This document shows positions 1 through 18,005 of a stretch of 64,000 nt of DNA, piece after piece; the first letter of the stretch is position 1, and every line of letters begins with the position of its first letter. The translations under genes and the position numbers were made by a program. The stretch is from the NCBI RefSeq assembly GCF_009914755.1, contig NC_060937.1; one strand, 5' to 3'. The notes under the pieces were generated by a model. It did not search any database and was not told where the DNA came from. It saw only the letters and a program-made list of their open reading frames with translations. Source of the DNA: the human T2T-CHM13v2.0 reference genome, Homo sapiens.

Positions 1-76
1 CTTGTGAATGAAAGGAATTTACTTTGTTGTGTACAGAGAAACCCATTTGCCTGGCTTTTGTCAATAATTCATTTGA

Positions 77-388
<312 letters not shown>

Positions 389-1129
389 GAATTTATAATC
401 CATGTTAACAGTAATATTTTGCTTTTGCTTCCTGTCCTTTGCATTAAATACTTAAATTTGCAAAATCTGATACTGCTTATGGCATCAAGAACCACTTTGG
501 AAAAAAAACTTTGTTAAAGTAGAAATGCTGTTAATTCTTAGGCGTTTTGAGGTCGGACATTGTCTCTTGGTGGAATACCACCTTACTGATTAGTGCTAAC
601 ATGAGAGGGTAATTATTAGACCTTGCAAATTAGCAAGTAAATAAAATAAAAAATATTTTATCACAAAAATTTACACTGATTATGTTAGGCGAGTGCCCAA
701 TTTCAAATACTGTTTGGGTTTTCCGTTTGTTTTTGTTTAGTTTTCTTTGGTTGTAGTTCCCATGCTCCATATGCAGCTTTACTGTAGTTCACAGAAAAGG
801 TATCACCTGGACATTGAAAACTCACCAAAATCCAGCCAGTACATTTAATTGGGCTTAGAGTGAAACCATTTGGGTGGTATGGAGGTATACAGAATGAAAA
901 ATCGGGGTGGAGGGCATGGGAATATATACTTATAATAATGTTTCATGGTATTTAGTAATTATAATTGCTTAGGAATTAATATGAGTTATTAGGGAAAGAA
1001 AGAAAAAAACACTCCCCAAGAAAATAAAATTGCATTTTCTTTTGGAAAGAACCACTTTATTTTGCACCTTTCTTTTTCTTTTTTCCTTGCCTATTTTTCT
1101 TTCTTTTTTTTTTTCTTTTTGTTTTAAAG

Positions 1130-1273
1130 ATATTTGGGCTATAGGGTGTATATTTGCAGAACTACTAACGTCAGAACCAATATTTCACTGTCGACAAGAG
1201 GACATCAAAACTAGTAATCCTTATCACCATGACCAGCTGGACAGAATATTCAATGTAATGGGATTTCCTGCAG
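1130..1273 (+). CDS. CDK8: CDK8 coding exon (exon 7), 144 nt, phase 1-1
   Basis: Long polypyrimidine tract plus AG (1128-1129) and donor GTACAC at 1274. Encodes (D)[47 protein letters not shown], kinase subdomain IX-X of CDK8/19. Confidence 0.97.
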
Positions 1274-2967
1274 GTACACATTATTCGTTTTTGTTTTTGT
1301 TTTTAAATCACTGTTGTTTGAACTTAGATGTCTTCGTTGGAGAGGTATATATTTTTAGCTGATGGAAGCTACTTTTACTTGAGTCTTTGTTTTTTGACTT
1401 GCATTTATCAAAGATCCGTAGAAACAGCAAAATTTGTAGAGTTTACATATTGGCATGGAAATATTTATGGGTTTTCTGAATTTCAGGACTGTATTTTTGT
1501 TTCATCTTGTTTTACTTTTTTGTTTTGTTATTTGGTATTTGAAATGATAAAATATGTTCAATATCTGTATTAAAAAGGTACCTTTAGCTCTTACCAGTAG
1601 AAACTATAAATGAATTCAGTAGTAGGAATTTTTTTCTGGCAGCACATATAATACTGCCACTATTTGGCATTCAAATATAAATTTTGAACCTTATTTCTAT
1701 TTAGGGCACTATACAGAATCACATTATATTGAATAATAGCATTTAAGTCTTCTCTTAGAACAGTCACAATGTGGGTGAGAGTCATAGTACCCTATGGTGA
1801 GTTAGCCTGCTGTTTTGCAACAGAGAGATGGTTTACATGTATCCTATCCCTGGTATTAGATCTCTCCAACTGTATCTCAATCCCTAGTTATATTACAGAA
1901 CGGTAATCACCAAAAACTGCTCAGAGGTCCAGAATAATGAGAATTTGTTTAAAACACCTAAATTTTGGCTAGTCAAGTACTTAGTAGAAAGTGTTTCTTA
2001 TTAGGAATATTTCTCAGGTCACTATAAACTCAAGACTAATAGAGATAATACCTGGGACTTTTAATTCTACATTCCCTTGTAAGGGTGTTAATTATCAGTA
2101 AATGCAGAATAACTACACAGATACTGCCTTTCTCCAAAATTGGTCACCAGTGTGGAGAAGACTTCTGTTGTGATGGGAATTTTATTTATTCAGTAAATAT
2201 TTATTGAGTACCTGCCATGTGCCAGGCACTGTCTTAAGTAAAAAGTTATTGATGATGTAACAGACATGATTTTTGCCCCCTTGGAGTTTGCATTGTACTG
2301 CTATATGTAGAATGTTTAAAAAGTAGGTATGGTTTTGAGTAGAGACAGAAGAATTCTGTTTTCTTCCTGCTTCTGAATGTGTCCACCATTTCTGAGCCCA
2401 CGGGAAAGGCATAGCTTCTGTGAGGGAGTAGATGTGGTGAAGATGTCTATCAGTGACTCTTAATATGTGGTTCAGAGGTTAGGGTGGTTTATAAGGAAGC
2501 TTGGAAAGCAGGCAGCAGAGGTTAGATTTGATAGCTAAAGAATGAGAATCCATCAGTTCTTGAGTACTAGAGACATGCTTTATGTTGCATTTTAGAAAGA
2601 TTTAGTAAGATGGTGGTAGGTAAAAATCTGTTAAAAAGAGCTAACTGAAATCAGAAACCAGCTGTAGCAGTGCTGCAGACAGAAAGTAGAGTGAAGATAA
2701 GGATGGAGAAAAAAGGGCAGATGGAAATGTTTTATAGGAAGTGTATAAGCAAGGGAAAACTAAAGATTATCTTAAAATTTCTAGCATGAGAAATTGATAA
2801 AACACAGAAATTGGAGCAAGGAAAATAGTTAAGGAGAAAATTCCATTTAGGAGTGTAGTGTATGTTTAGTTTACAATATGTGATGTCTTTGGAGGATAGT
2901 TACCAAATATTTTTACAAGTAAGTTCAAAGAAAAGCAAGCCTCTAAAGGCCATTTAAAAGCTAAAGG

Positions 2968-3266
<299 letters not shown>

Positions 3267-4047
3267 GAGCTAAAGGTGCTGTTAAGCTGCCTGTGACAGT
3301 CCTTTGCACCTAGTAGACTCTCAGGAAAACCCATTGGCAGATATTGGAGAGAACACATTATGTAGCATGTATTGTTTGAGCAACTTGGATGCCAGCAAAA
3401 GTAGCTGAAACGTTTTGTACTTAACGTATTTAGGAGCTGGGGTTGTTTTGGGTAATGTTAACCAGACTAGCCAAGGTACCAGCCCACTTATTAATATACT
3501 AATTATATCCTACCCTATTGTGCAAATAGTTATTACCCCTTCTTCCATTGATTGCTTATGTAAAGAAATATATTTAACAAGGTGAAAGGAGGGCTGTATC
3601 ATAAAAAGAAGTATAGTTTAAAGCCACTGAGGGGAAGATCTTAGATTTCTCATTGAAGAAATTGATTGCTGACTTAACCAAGAAATTTGGTAGAAAAGGG
3701 GAAATAAGCAGTTTTACTAATAGAAAGAGGACATTTAATAAGATAAATAGAAATATGTATAACTTATTCTTCTCTAGTGACAGAAATTGAGGCAGCTTAT
3801 TGTAAAACATACAGAAAGTTTGCAGTTTAAAATTTAAAATATAAACAGATATATAAAGTTATATAAGGGATAAGGAATTATGTTTACACTTCAAGATATT
3901 TACTGTTGCTGAACATTTATTTGAAGACAGCTTTTTTGTGTGGAGGTTGAACGGATAGGAAATGTAATGAACGTGGTAATAACCTTTTTAAAAATTCTCA
4001 AGAATAGGAACTTAGGCAACATAAAAATTTATCAATGTATTTCACAG

Positions 4048-4117
4048 ATAAAGATTGGGAAGATATAAAAAAGATGCCTGAACATTCAACATTAATGAAA
4101 GATTTCAGAAGAAATAC
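4048..4117 (+). CDS. CDK8: CDK8 coding exon (exon 8), 70 nt
   Basis: ttcacAG acceptor and GTAAGT donor. Encodes [24 protein letters not shown], in phase with the previous exon. Confidence 0.96.
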
Positions 4118-4901
4118 GTAAGTTGGAAAAAAAGAGACTCCTTGTTGATTTTTGCTTTACCAGAATACTCAGTGTAAGACTGAATATTCAACATAATAAA
4201 ATACTCAATATAAGATTACTCTAATAAATAATTTTACTTATTTACTCTAATAAATATTTTTCATGATGACAGTCTTTATTTCTTAAGATGCTTAAATGAT
4301 TATATACAAAAGTGACTAATATTAGCAGCTGATTTGGATATAAAACAAATTCATGTCTTTCCATATTGACTACTTTTTGGAAGCTAGACATTAGTGAGAA
4401 GTATCACAGCTGAATAAATAAGAATCTAAATAAATAAACTTTGGTAATAGCCACTTGCTCACCAATCTAGGTTACAGTAATTTTAAGCAGGTTTTAACAG
4501 AGAAGAATGGATATTTCACCTGTTTACAATGCAAAGCCAGGGATTGGGAGAGTTTAGTTTGTATACCTATGACAAAAGTATTTTACACTTATTGGTAAGG
4601 CTGAATTAAACTTTTGACCCAGATGTTATTTAAAATAATTGTTAAAATATAATTCATGTGAAAAAAAAAGCTGTTTAGTGTCTGTTATTCATGAAATTGT
4701 CTTACATTTAATCATCGGTATCCTTTCAAAAGTGACCATTGTGGATATTGAATGAAATAGAAAACTGATTTAATTCTACTCATTTTATGCTCATAGTGTT
4801 TTCAATATATATTTTATATCGGTTATGATCAAAATAATTCTCATCAGAAGGACTTTAGCCAATGTACAATTAACCTCAAGTCTAATATAGCTATTTCATA
4901 G

Positions 4902-5000
<99 letters not shown>

Positions 5001-6454
5001 TAACAGTATTAATGAAATGCATTTTTTCCTTAATTGACTAGCCCAACTGAGGCTTTTTTGGATCAATTTATGTGGTTACTTAGCTAGCACTCAGAGTGCT
5101 TTCATGGTAAATGCAGAGATCTTGTTAGTGCATACCAATAAAGACAATAAACTATTTGCTCTTCCAGACTCATATCATGGTTTGACAGACTAATGTTTGG
5201 TCACATTAGATTTTCTAAAGATAGCGATGGTAACAAATCTGTCAAAACATTTATAAAATTACATGTATTGTTTTTCGTCTGTTTAAGATTTTAAAAGTTC
5301 CAGAGAAGTATCAAGAAGAAAGTACTTCTCACCATTGATAAATAGATTGTTTTGTATTTCAGCTCTTTGAAAGACTGTTTACAAAGTTCTTAATTTCCAA
5401 AATACCTCTTATAACCTTAAATGTTAACAGTCATTCAGCGATTATATGTGCTATTTGATTTTTCTGGAAGAATGTGATAGATGCCATATTTATCAGTGTG
5501 TAATGGAAAAATGATTTAACCTAGAATCTAATTGAATCCGTGCACTAACAAGGTAATTTGTGATGAAATTATATACAGCCATTACCAACTTTGTTTACAA
5601 TAAAATTTCCATTGTTACAGCGTAATAATTAATAATGTTTTTTGTTTTAGAAAAAGGTTTATAACACATAGAAGGGGAGTTTGGGGAAGCAGGTTGTATT
5701 TTGCTTGGCTTGAAATTCTTTTAATCCTTATTCCTAAGTTCTTAAATGAGAATTCTTTCACCTTGAAGAGGTTAACCTTTCCTTTATTGCAACCAGGCCA
5801 TTTGGCAAACATTTCTTCTGTTCTTCCTTTGTTTCTCCTTTTTCTTCTCTTTCTACTGCTTCTCCTTCTGTATTTTCTACTTACTATTATATCAGTTCAC
5901 ATTTTATATCATGTATTTCATATCTTAACAGCAATTTAAAAAGTCATTCTTAACCTGTCATATTACCACACAATATATTATCCAGATAATGGTTTATTAT
6001 AATGTACTTACAGTAGGACCCAAATTAGAGGTCTAAGTTAGATCCTTCGAAATTATGGACTTACTGATTCTAATAAAATAATGATAGTGGCAGAAGATTA
6101 GAAGTCATGACTTAGGGGAATTATTATTCTCCTTGATTCCCTGCTACTCATTATAGTCTAGGATGACTCTGCCTACCATCACCACTAAAACTCTAGAGAT
6201 ATACCTTCCTTGTAGCTTATGTGCTTGTTTTTACCAGGGTGACCCATCTTAATTGGAGGTAATCTTGAGTAGTCTCTTAGGAAAGCCCTATTATAATTCC
6301 ATTAAAACTGTTGGGTATTTTCAATAGCAAATTCAGGCCTTTCCTTTCAACCCTAAAAATAAAATTGTGCTTTCTCTGAAATATCAGATCATTAAAATTA
6401 AATTTTAATCTCACCATTCTAGCGTTTTATTTGCATCTTAAAATATGTCGTGTC

Positions 6455-6741
<287 letters not shown>

Positions 6742-6759
6742 TGTCTTTTTATCCTGTAA

Positions 6760-7080
<321 letters not shown>

Positions 7081-7104
7081 TAAGTCTTAATGTGTCTGTT
7101 AGTT

Positions 7105-7287
7105 CATTGGTTTTCAAAATGCAGTCTCAGTCCAGCAGCATGGTATCATGTAGGGCCATGTTGGAAATGCAGGCTTTTGGCTCCTACTCACATCTACCAA
7201 TCAGAAACTCTGTGAGGAGGGCCCAGCAGTCTGTTTTAAGAAGTTCTCCAGGTGATTCTCATGCATCCTAAAGTCCGAAAGCCACTG
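7105..7287. mobile_element. MER5A-like hAT-Charlie MITE
   Basis: CAtTGGTTTTCAAA...aatcagaaactctg...ccaggtgattctcatgca...gaaagccaCTG. Confidence 0.7.
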
Positions 7288-7394
7288 CATTAGATCAGAG
7301 TATAAACTAAGAGACCACATATTAGAATCCAATTGAATGAACTATGTCTTAACTAAAAAATACTGAATCTTCACATTAGTGTGGCATTTATAGT

Positions 7395-7645
7395 AATAAT
7401 AACAATAAGAGCAAGCACTTACATAGTACTTTCTTTATGCTAGGCACCATTATAATTGCTCTCCATATATTAACTCATTTAATCCTGAAAACAACCTGTG
7501 ATAATAGTCACCATTTTTAATCTCCATTTGACAAATGAGGTAACAAAAATATTAAGGTAACTTATCCAATGTCACGCAGCTAATAAATGTTGAGTCAGGA
7601 TTTGAATGGAGCAGTCGACTTTCAGAGTCTCTGCTCATCACACAG
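7395..7645 (-). mobile_element. MIR
   Basis: ctcatttaatcct...ccatttgacaaatgagg...gtcacgcagcta...ggatttgaa core. Confidence 0.75.
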
Positions 7646-7692
7646 CTCTGTACTTTGTAAGTTGTGTATCACCATTTTTATTTAGACTAGAA

Positions 7693-7882
7693 CAGCACTG
7701 CACAGTACCACTTTCTGTGATGATCTGCACAGTGCAGTAGCGTAGCCACTAGCCACATTTGGCTCTTGAAATGTGCCTGGTGTAATGGGGAGATTGACTT
7801 TTTTATTTAATTCAGTTTTGATTAACTTGGATCTAAATATGAATCACTGCATGTGTTAGTGTATTATATGTGTAACAACAGC
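7693..7882. mobile_element. MER3/MER33-like DNA transposon remnant
   Basis: cagcactg...gtagccactagccacatttggct...gaaatgtg motif. Confidence 0.6.
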
Positions 7883-8210
7883 TTTTTTATCTTAATAGAA
7901 AAAGAATAGAAAATACACAAATTTTGGTCCTGTTCTAAATTGGATAAAGCCATTTAGATAATGGGGGTGGGGATCCATTTGTTTAGTCAGAGAACATAAG
8001 CAAGAGTAAAACAAGTGAGATTATGAAACTGGAATGACTAAAGTGTGAATTACTACATTAAATTTAACAACTAGGAGTTTTGTTGTTAATTTGGGGGAAT
8101 AAATATTTTCCAAATTGTGATGTTATTCACCAAAAAATATATATCGTCTTCACATATGTGCTGAAAGATAACTGTGAGAAGCAATACCATCATGTTTGTA
8201 TGATTTGTGA

Positions 8211-8315
<105 letters not shown>

Positions 8316-8955
8316 TAAGTGGCCTAGTTGGTTAACTCATCAGCATGATGGAAGTTTTGGAGTATGCTTTCTTCTGCTTGTCAGCTCTTAAGTTGCTCCT
8401 CCTCTTATATGGGAACCCAAGGAAATCCTTTATGACAAGCAAAAATGAGCTTTGCTGATTAAAGTGTCATTTAGGGGCTTTCCAGTTAAGAGGCATTCCT
8501 GTTCATCTCTTGCTTTATGAAATGCTGATCACATTAGTTTCAGTAGTGATCCAGCTATTCAGTGACAGGTTGGTTATGCGTGCTGTAGCTCCTTACTGTC
8601 TGCAGTTACAGTTTCATGTTCCAAAATTGCAAATATTCCCAAATGTGTTCCCTATACCATCTTTTGTTTTGTTAATAAATGTAGTAGGAAGGGTAAAACA
8701 AAAATTACCTTTGAATGGTGACACATACTTCAGCTAGAATCTATATTTGGTCTGTATTAATAGAAGAGTAATGCTGGGATAAAAGAAGAAAGCTGAATCA
8801 TACTCGATGATTATTGATCATTTGTATACAGCTCAAGCCCTCAAGTAGCCTGCTGTAATATTACTAGTTACAAAGAAAAGATTCGTTTTGTCACAGTTAC
8901 ATGAAAGGTGCTTATATTTGCAAATATGGAGACAAAGTTCATCTTAAAAGATTAA

Positions 8956-9442
<487 letters not shown>

Positions 9443-9539
9443 TGATCGTGGGAAAATGTGATTTAATTGAGAAATACTGACGTCTGTATACCCAGGGAAA
9501 TACATTAACATGAAATGTTACTGGCATGGAAAAGTACTG

Positions 9540-10050
9540 ACAGTGGTATGGTAGCAAGGGTTTAGACTTTTGAACCAGACTTGGAATGATCAAATACAAA
9601 TTATGCCATTTATTAACTGTGTGACCTTGGACAAGTAGGATAATATCTCCTGGCGTTTTTTCATCTGTAAAATGAAACTAGTAAAACCTAACTTGCAGCT
9701 GTTGTCAGATTAGACATGAAGTGGCTTGACACCTAGCTTATGGTAGGAGCTTGATAGCTATTGTTTTGGAACAATGTTTCACAGTGATTAAGAACATAGG
9801 CTTTCAGATCCCAGTCTGGCCACTTACTTCTCTGTATCCTTGAGTAAGTGATTCAGATGTTCTCAGTTTCCATTTGTAGACTGGATAATGATCAATGTGA
9901 AGCTGTAGTAAGGATTAAATGAGATAACTCTGGGAGGTTAAGTGTTGCAGCCATTTCAGGAAACTGAGGCTTGTAGAGGTTAAATAACTTTCACATGGAT
10001 CCCCAGCAAGCTGTAGATGCAGGACTCATATTTGATCTGACCACAAAGGC
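9540..10050. mobile_element. Cluster of MIR fragments in intron 12
   Basis: ctgtgtgaccttggacaagt, tcatctgtaaaatg, ctcagtttccatttgta and ggaaactgaggct motifs. Confidence 0.7.
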
Positions 10051-10991
10051 TGTTATGTTGCCTGCTTAGGGATCCTATCATGGCATTGTCAGTTACGTTG
10101 TGGAAAGACCCTCTTTGAAAATTGTATACCACCTCCTTTTCTCTTCTGCTTATTCTAACCATATTCCCAACTACACAAGGGTTCAGTGTGGGAAGGATAC
10201 TGAAAATCTGACCAATTAGAATTATTTACACACAAAAAAAAAGAGAGAGAGAAAGAGATGTTATTAAACTGATAAGGTCCCGAGTGCTCGTTACTGTACT
10301 TTCAGAATTAGGTATTAACTCTTTCTTTTGGTTAGGGGAGAAGTCCAGCCCATCACACCATGGAAATCACTGTTGTGTGAGTAGTAATTCTCTTCCAGTT
10401 AGCTAAACAAGGACACCAAGGGCAGACAGCTGTGGGAGTTGTTGGTTCCAGTATCTTTTTCTTCCTTTCCGGATGGGAAGAGTGCATCTCTCTTGGCCCA
10501 CAAATGTGTTTGCACACTAAGGTGATGGCATCCTTAGAAGGAAGCAGAGCAGTGCTCTGACCTTCGCTTCTGGAACCGAGAAAATGATGCCATGCTGCTT
10601 TGTTGGTGTGATTGTTGTTGGTTTTTTGTGGATGAATTTTAAAATAGTATTTGTGACTATCATTTCATGTGTCCACTCTTTTTAAAAATGTTACCTTTTC
10701 TAGGATTGGCAGAATTTGGAATTATATGTCTTATTAAATATGCTTTGAAAGACAGAAGTAATAAGTTCTGGTTAATCTTTTATAGTGTTTGTCTTGGGAG
10801 CAAATAGTATGAGAGAGAGGTGTGAGAATGGGAATAATAATCTAACATATCAAAATTAGAGAACCCCAAACCATCACATTCTTTCTCTTTGTGCCATTTT
10901 AGAATTGAGAATACCGTCCTTCTTACTGTGGTTATATTTTTACTTTTGTATATAAACTTGTAGCAGAAAATAAGATTCAGTAGCTTAAAGG

Positions 10992-11231
10992 GGCCAGGCA
11001 CTGTGGCTCATGCCCATAATCCCAGTGGTTTAGAAGGCTGAGGGGAAGGATCACTTGAGGCCTGGAGTTTGAAATCAACCTGGGCAACATAGCAAGACTC
11101 TGTTCCTTCAAAAAAAATTTTTAAAAATTAGCTGAGCATGGAGGTGCATGCCTATAATCCTAGCAATGATTATACCATTACACTCCAGCCTGGATGATAG
11201 AGTGACACCCTGTCTCAAAAGAAAAAAAAAA
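10992..11231 (+). mobile_element. AluJ-like, sense, right-arm deletion, intron 12
   Basis: Alu consensus, TSD tag(c/t)ttaaaggg. Confidence 0.9.
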
Positions 11232-11680
11232 TAGTTTAAAGGGCATAAAAATGTATTAATGCCAAAGAAATGGATTCTGTGATACCTTCTCCTATCATAC
11301 TCACTTTTACTCTTCAGTCATGTGTGTGGGGGTGAGTTTTCTACTGAAGAAAGCATGTAAATAAGCTTTGAATTTTTTATGTATACATCATTAAGTTTCT
11401 GGGTAAACATCTCAAGCAAATTTACCAAGTAGATACAAAACAGCATAAAAAGGGGTTACTCCTGTAGAAAAAAATGTATTTGCACAGCATAGTAATAAGC
11501 CTAGGCTTAATATTATTTACTAGCAATATTTCTGACCTTCCTCAAGAGAAGAGGATGTTAAAATATTTGGGGTTTTTGTCTTTAATTATAAAGTTAGTAC
11601 ATAGCACAAAACCTATACATCCTTTCTTCCTTGAAACATAATGACACTTCAGTCACATATTGGGATTGAGCTTCCCCTAG

Positions 11681-11845
<165 letters not shown>

Positions 11846-13000
11846 GCTGCATCGGAATCTTGTCCATGCACTGTTGCGAATGCTGCAGGGCTGACTGTGC
11901 AGCTCTCTGCGGGAACCTGGTATGGGCCATGAGAATGTACTGTACAACCACATCTTCAAAATGTCCAGTAGCCAAGTTCCACCACTTTTCACAGATTGGG
12001 GTAGTGGCTTCCAAGTTGTACCTATTTTGGAGTTAGACTTGAAAAGAAAGTGCTAGCACAGTTTGTGTTGTGGATTTGCTACTTCCATAGTTTACTTGAC
12101 ATGGTTCAGACTGACCAATGCATTTTTTTCAGTGACAGTCTGTAGCAGTTGAAGCTGTGAATGTGCTAGGGGCAAGCATTTGTCTTTGTATGTGGTGAAT
12201 TTTTTCAGTGTAACAACATTATCTGACCAATAGTACACACACAGACACAAAGTTTAACTGGTACTTGAAACATACAGTATATGTTAACGAAATAACCAAG
12301 ACTCGAAATGAGATTATTTTGGTACACCTTTCTTTTTAGTGTCTTATCAGTGGGCTGATTCATTTTCTACATTAATCAGTGTTTTCTGACCAAGAATATT
12401 GCTTGGATTTTTTTGAAAGTACAAAAAGCCACATAGTTTTTCCAGAAAGGTTTCAAAACTCCCAAAGATTAACTTCCAACTTATAAGTTTGTTTTTATTT
12501 TCAATCTATGACTTGACTGGTATTAAAGCTGCTATTTGATAGTAATTAAATATGTTGTCATTGATATAAACCTGTTTGGTTCAGCAAACAAACTAAAATG
12601 ATTGTCATAGACAGTGTTTTATTTTTCCTGTTGGTGTTGCTGATTTGTGAGCATGCTTTAAGATGAAAAAAGCATGAATGATAACTTCCTTAAAAAGGTG
12701 CGGCATCCAATTCAAATATTTTCGTCCTGATTTTAAAGCTGGTTGGTGTAGTGCTATTAAAATTTCGTTCAGTTAATTTTCCTTTTGAAAACTTGTTCGC
12801 ACGTTGTTTAGGGTGCCCTTACTTCAGCAAAGGAGAAGGAGTAGGAGAGCCTTAGAATTTTTGAGGAAAAAAAAACCTATAACATACAATGTACTGTATC
12901 AAACTATTTTACATGAATGACACAAGTATTCTGAATAAAAAATAATTGAACATTGTTAAAAACAAGGTGTTATGTAATAAATTTATTTTTCATAAATCAA
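11846..13000 (+). other. CDK8: CDK8 3'UTR (end approximate)
   Basis: Repeat-free, AU-rich sequence after the stop codon, ending at AATAAA signals followed by a U/GU-rich tract. Confidence 0.8.
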
Positions 13001-13050
13001 AACATGGAGTCAGCTGTCTTTTTTATATGTACAAAGGGTTTTTGTTTTAA
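12934..13050 (+). terminator. Cleavage/polyadenylation region
   Basis: AATAAA at 12934-12939 and 12976-12981, the second preceded by TGTA. Downstream TGTCTTTTTT and GGTTTTTGTTTT at ~13015-13048. Confidence 0.8.
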
Positions 13051-13558
13051 TTTTAAATTATGCCTTAATAAGTAGCCTCTGAAGAAATCTCTTCACTTTT
13101 CATGAAGAATATCTATGTGTCTGTCTCCATAATAGAGTACTGACTTGAGTCTTAGATATGGATCCTTTTTTCCTGCTATACTCGGTACCATAATGTAAGA
13201 TATGAAACACAGACACCTATCTAATTGGAAGATATTGGTGAGCCTTCAATCGCTGGAATCATTCCTAATTTATTCTGTGTTGTACTGAGAAGGATTTGAC
13301 TGTTGTATCCCTAATAATTAATTTTCCTCCTCCAGAAAATACAGAAGATTAGGAAAAAAAACTAACTTTTTTCTTAAAAACCCAACTCAATGATATAAAA
13401 ACATTCTAAAACAAAATCACTGAGGAATCTCTGTCCTTATAGGCCCGACAGTACAGTAATGGTAATTTCTAGGAGCTGAATTCATGTTTCCATTTTAAGT
13501 CCTCCTGCCCCAACGCATTCTCAGGATGTGTGGACCTGGTTATGAGTTCCCCTCCTGA

Positions 13559-14014
<456 letters not shown>

Positions 14015-14339
14015 TAGTGGATATGAGAATCCTCTGGAGTATTTTTCTGCCCTTCAGGGAGGGCTACTCTACTGACATGAGTTTCCTATGTGAATTTCCA
14101 AAAGCGAAACCCATTCTAGAGTGGACCGTTCCACTCTAACGGTACAAGAGCCTGAAGGCTCAATTCTCAGGTTTTTGTTTCTCTGTCTGTCCTCATTCCC
14201 TGAGTGATCCTGCGCCATCTCCTCTCCTGTCATTAAACATGGAGGTGACCATTGAGTGTACATCCAGCTAGCTTTCTCCCTGAGCGCCAGGTTCCTGCGT
14301 TTACTTGCATCTGTGATAAGTACCATCCACATCCACATG

Positions 14340-15780
<1,441 letters not shown>

Positions 15781-15782
15781 GA

Positions 15783-16176
<394 letters not shown>

Positions 16177-16412
16177 CTAGAAAGTGTTTTTTCTCCACAT
16201 CTAAGTTCAAGAACAGGAGCAATCGATGGTAGAATACTTTTTAAATATGGAAATTAGTTATGTTGACATTTTCCAAAATACTTGCAATCTGGTAATAGCC
16301 CCTACTTTATACTGACCTCCTCCACATTTATCAGTGCTACTGTTTGTATTTCTGCCTACATATATGTTCTTCTACCTTTTTTTGTCTTTCAGCTTTCAAA
16401 AAAATTCCCAAT

Positions 16413-16527
16413 GGCCAGGCACCACGGCTCATGCCTGTAATCCCAGCACCTTGGGAAGCTGAGGTGGGAGGATCACTTGAGCCCAGGAGTTCAAGACCAG
16501 CCTGGGCAACAGAGTGAGACCCTGTCT

Positions 16528-16530
<3 letters not shown>
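16413..16530 (+). mobile_element. FLAM / Alu left monomer
   Basis: Single monomer ending ...gagaccctgtctc. Confidence 0.85.

Positions 16531-16567
<37 letters not shown>
16531..16567. repeat. (AC)n microsatellite
   Basis: ~18 perfect AC units at the FLAM tail. Confidence 0.97.
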
Positions 16568-16568
<1 letters not shown>

Positions 16569-17016
16569 CTCCAAGCACAGAGGCCATTTTCAGTGTCCTT
16601 CCCTAAAAAGCAAAAAATCTTGAAAATCATGATGCCAACCATAATCCAGATTTATTGCTTAACAAATTCCTGATTCTCATTGGCCTTGGGAAACACAAAA
16701 ATTACTCTGACTTAAATAATGAGCATTTCAATATTAGTTGGTCTTTGCAGCAGAAAAAGAGATATTTGAGGTCTACTTTGTTTCTCAAACCCAGATACAT
16801 CCCCCTTTTAAAATGACAACACATAGGCCTCCCTCTTTTTTAACTTGCTGTAAAGAACTAAATGCATGCAATGGGTTAGAATATATACTTTTTTTTGAAA
16901 GACTATGAATAAAATAATTACAGTTAACATTGTACAAAAATAGGACTCATTGATAAAAATTTAGGGCAATCAAAATACAAGACATGCTTATTATTGTTAG
17001 TAGTAGTAGTGGTATT

Positions 17017-17305
17017 TAGAGACAGGGTCTCACTCTGTCACCCAGGCTGGAGTGCAATGGTGCAATCGTAGTTTACTTTAACCTCGAACTTGTGGGTTCA
17101 AGTGATCCTCTTGCCTCAGGTTCCTGAGTAGCTAGGACTACAGGTGCACACCACCACGCCTAGCTGATTTTTTTTTAATTATTTTTTGTAGAGATGGGGG
17201 TCTCACTGTGTTGCCCAGGCTGGTCTCGAACTCCTGGCCTCAAGCAGTACACCTGCCACAGCCTTCCAAAGGGCTGGGATTACAAGCATGAGCCACCCCA
17301 CCCAG
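17017..17305 (-). mobile_element. AluJ-like, antisense
   Basis: Diverged reverse consensus. Confidence 0.9.
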
Positions 17306-18005
17306 CAAGACGTGCTAGTAATACCTTGGCAACGTGAAATGATGAGTGAAAAACGCTATGGTCAAGCTTATAACCTCTAATTGACAAGAGATTTGTGTAA
17401 CAAATACCTACTGAGGCTGAACAAAGTGATGGCCACGTCATGCATCGAGGCATAATTTCCAAAAGATGCGTCATGCTCTGGCTTGGTCACTTATTGAATT
17501 CCATATGTGAATTAATGTATGTCATCATCGGTACAGAGAGGGCCTGTCTAATGGGTAGACGTGCCATGAGAATCCAAATGGTACCTGGAAATCAAGTGGG
17601 GGTGAGAGAGCTCTGTGTATATTATTTGGGTCATTATATTCACCAGAGGTTGACGTTTCAGAGATCAAACACTATCCATGATTGATATAGGAGGTTTTCA
17701 GGACACTCTCTAGCCTTAGAAAGGACTGAAGTTATTCATTCTTTCATTCCATTTATTGCATACCTACAATATGCTAAACACTGCCCTGGACGCTGTGGCT
17801 GCAACAGAGGACAGCGAGGGCTCGTTTCCTGTACGCATGCAGAGTGTATTTTAGTGATAGAAGATAAACAGTTAAGCAGTAGATAAGAATAACAATAATG
17901 TCACATTTTGATTAAAATCTTTGTAAAAAAGGAGGTGAGGTGAATGACAATGTCTTTGAGGGCCCGTTTTAAGTAGCATAATCAGAAGTTTCCAAAGAAG
18001 TGATA

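Noticed and set aside
1030-1362. 110-aa ORF as a standalone gene
   Set aside because: It is CDK8 exon 7 plus intronic read-through. The flanking residues come from the polypyrimidine tract.
17339-17414. C/D-box snoRNA-like ATGATGA...CTGA
   Set aside because: There is no terminal stem, it is not in an intron, and no antisense element is recognisable. These motifs are expected by chance.
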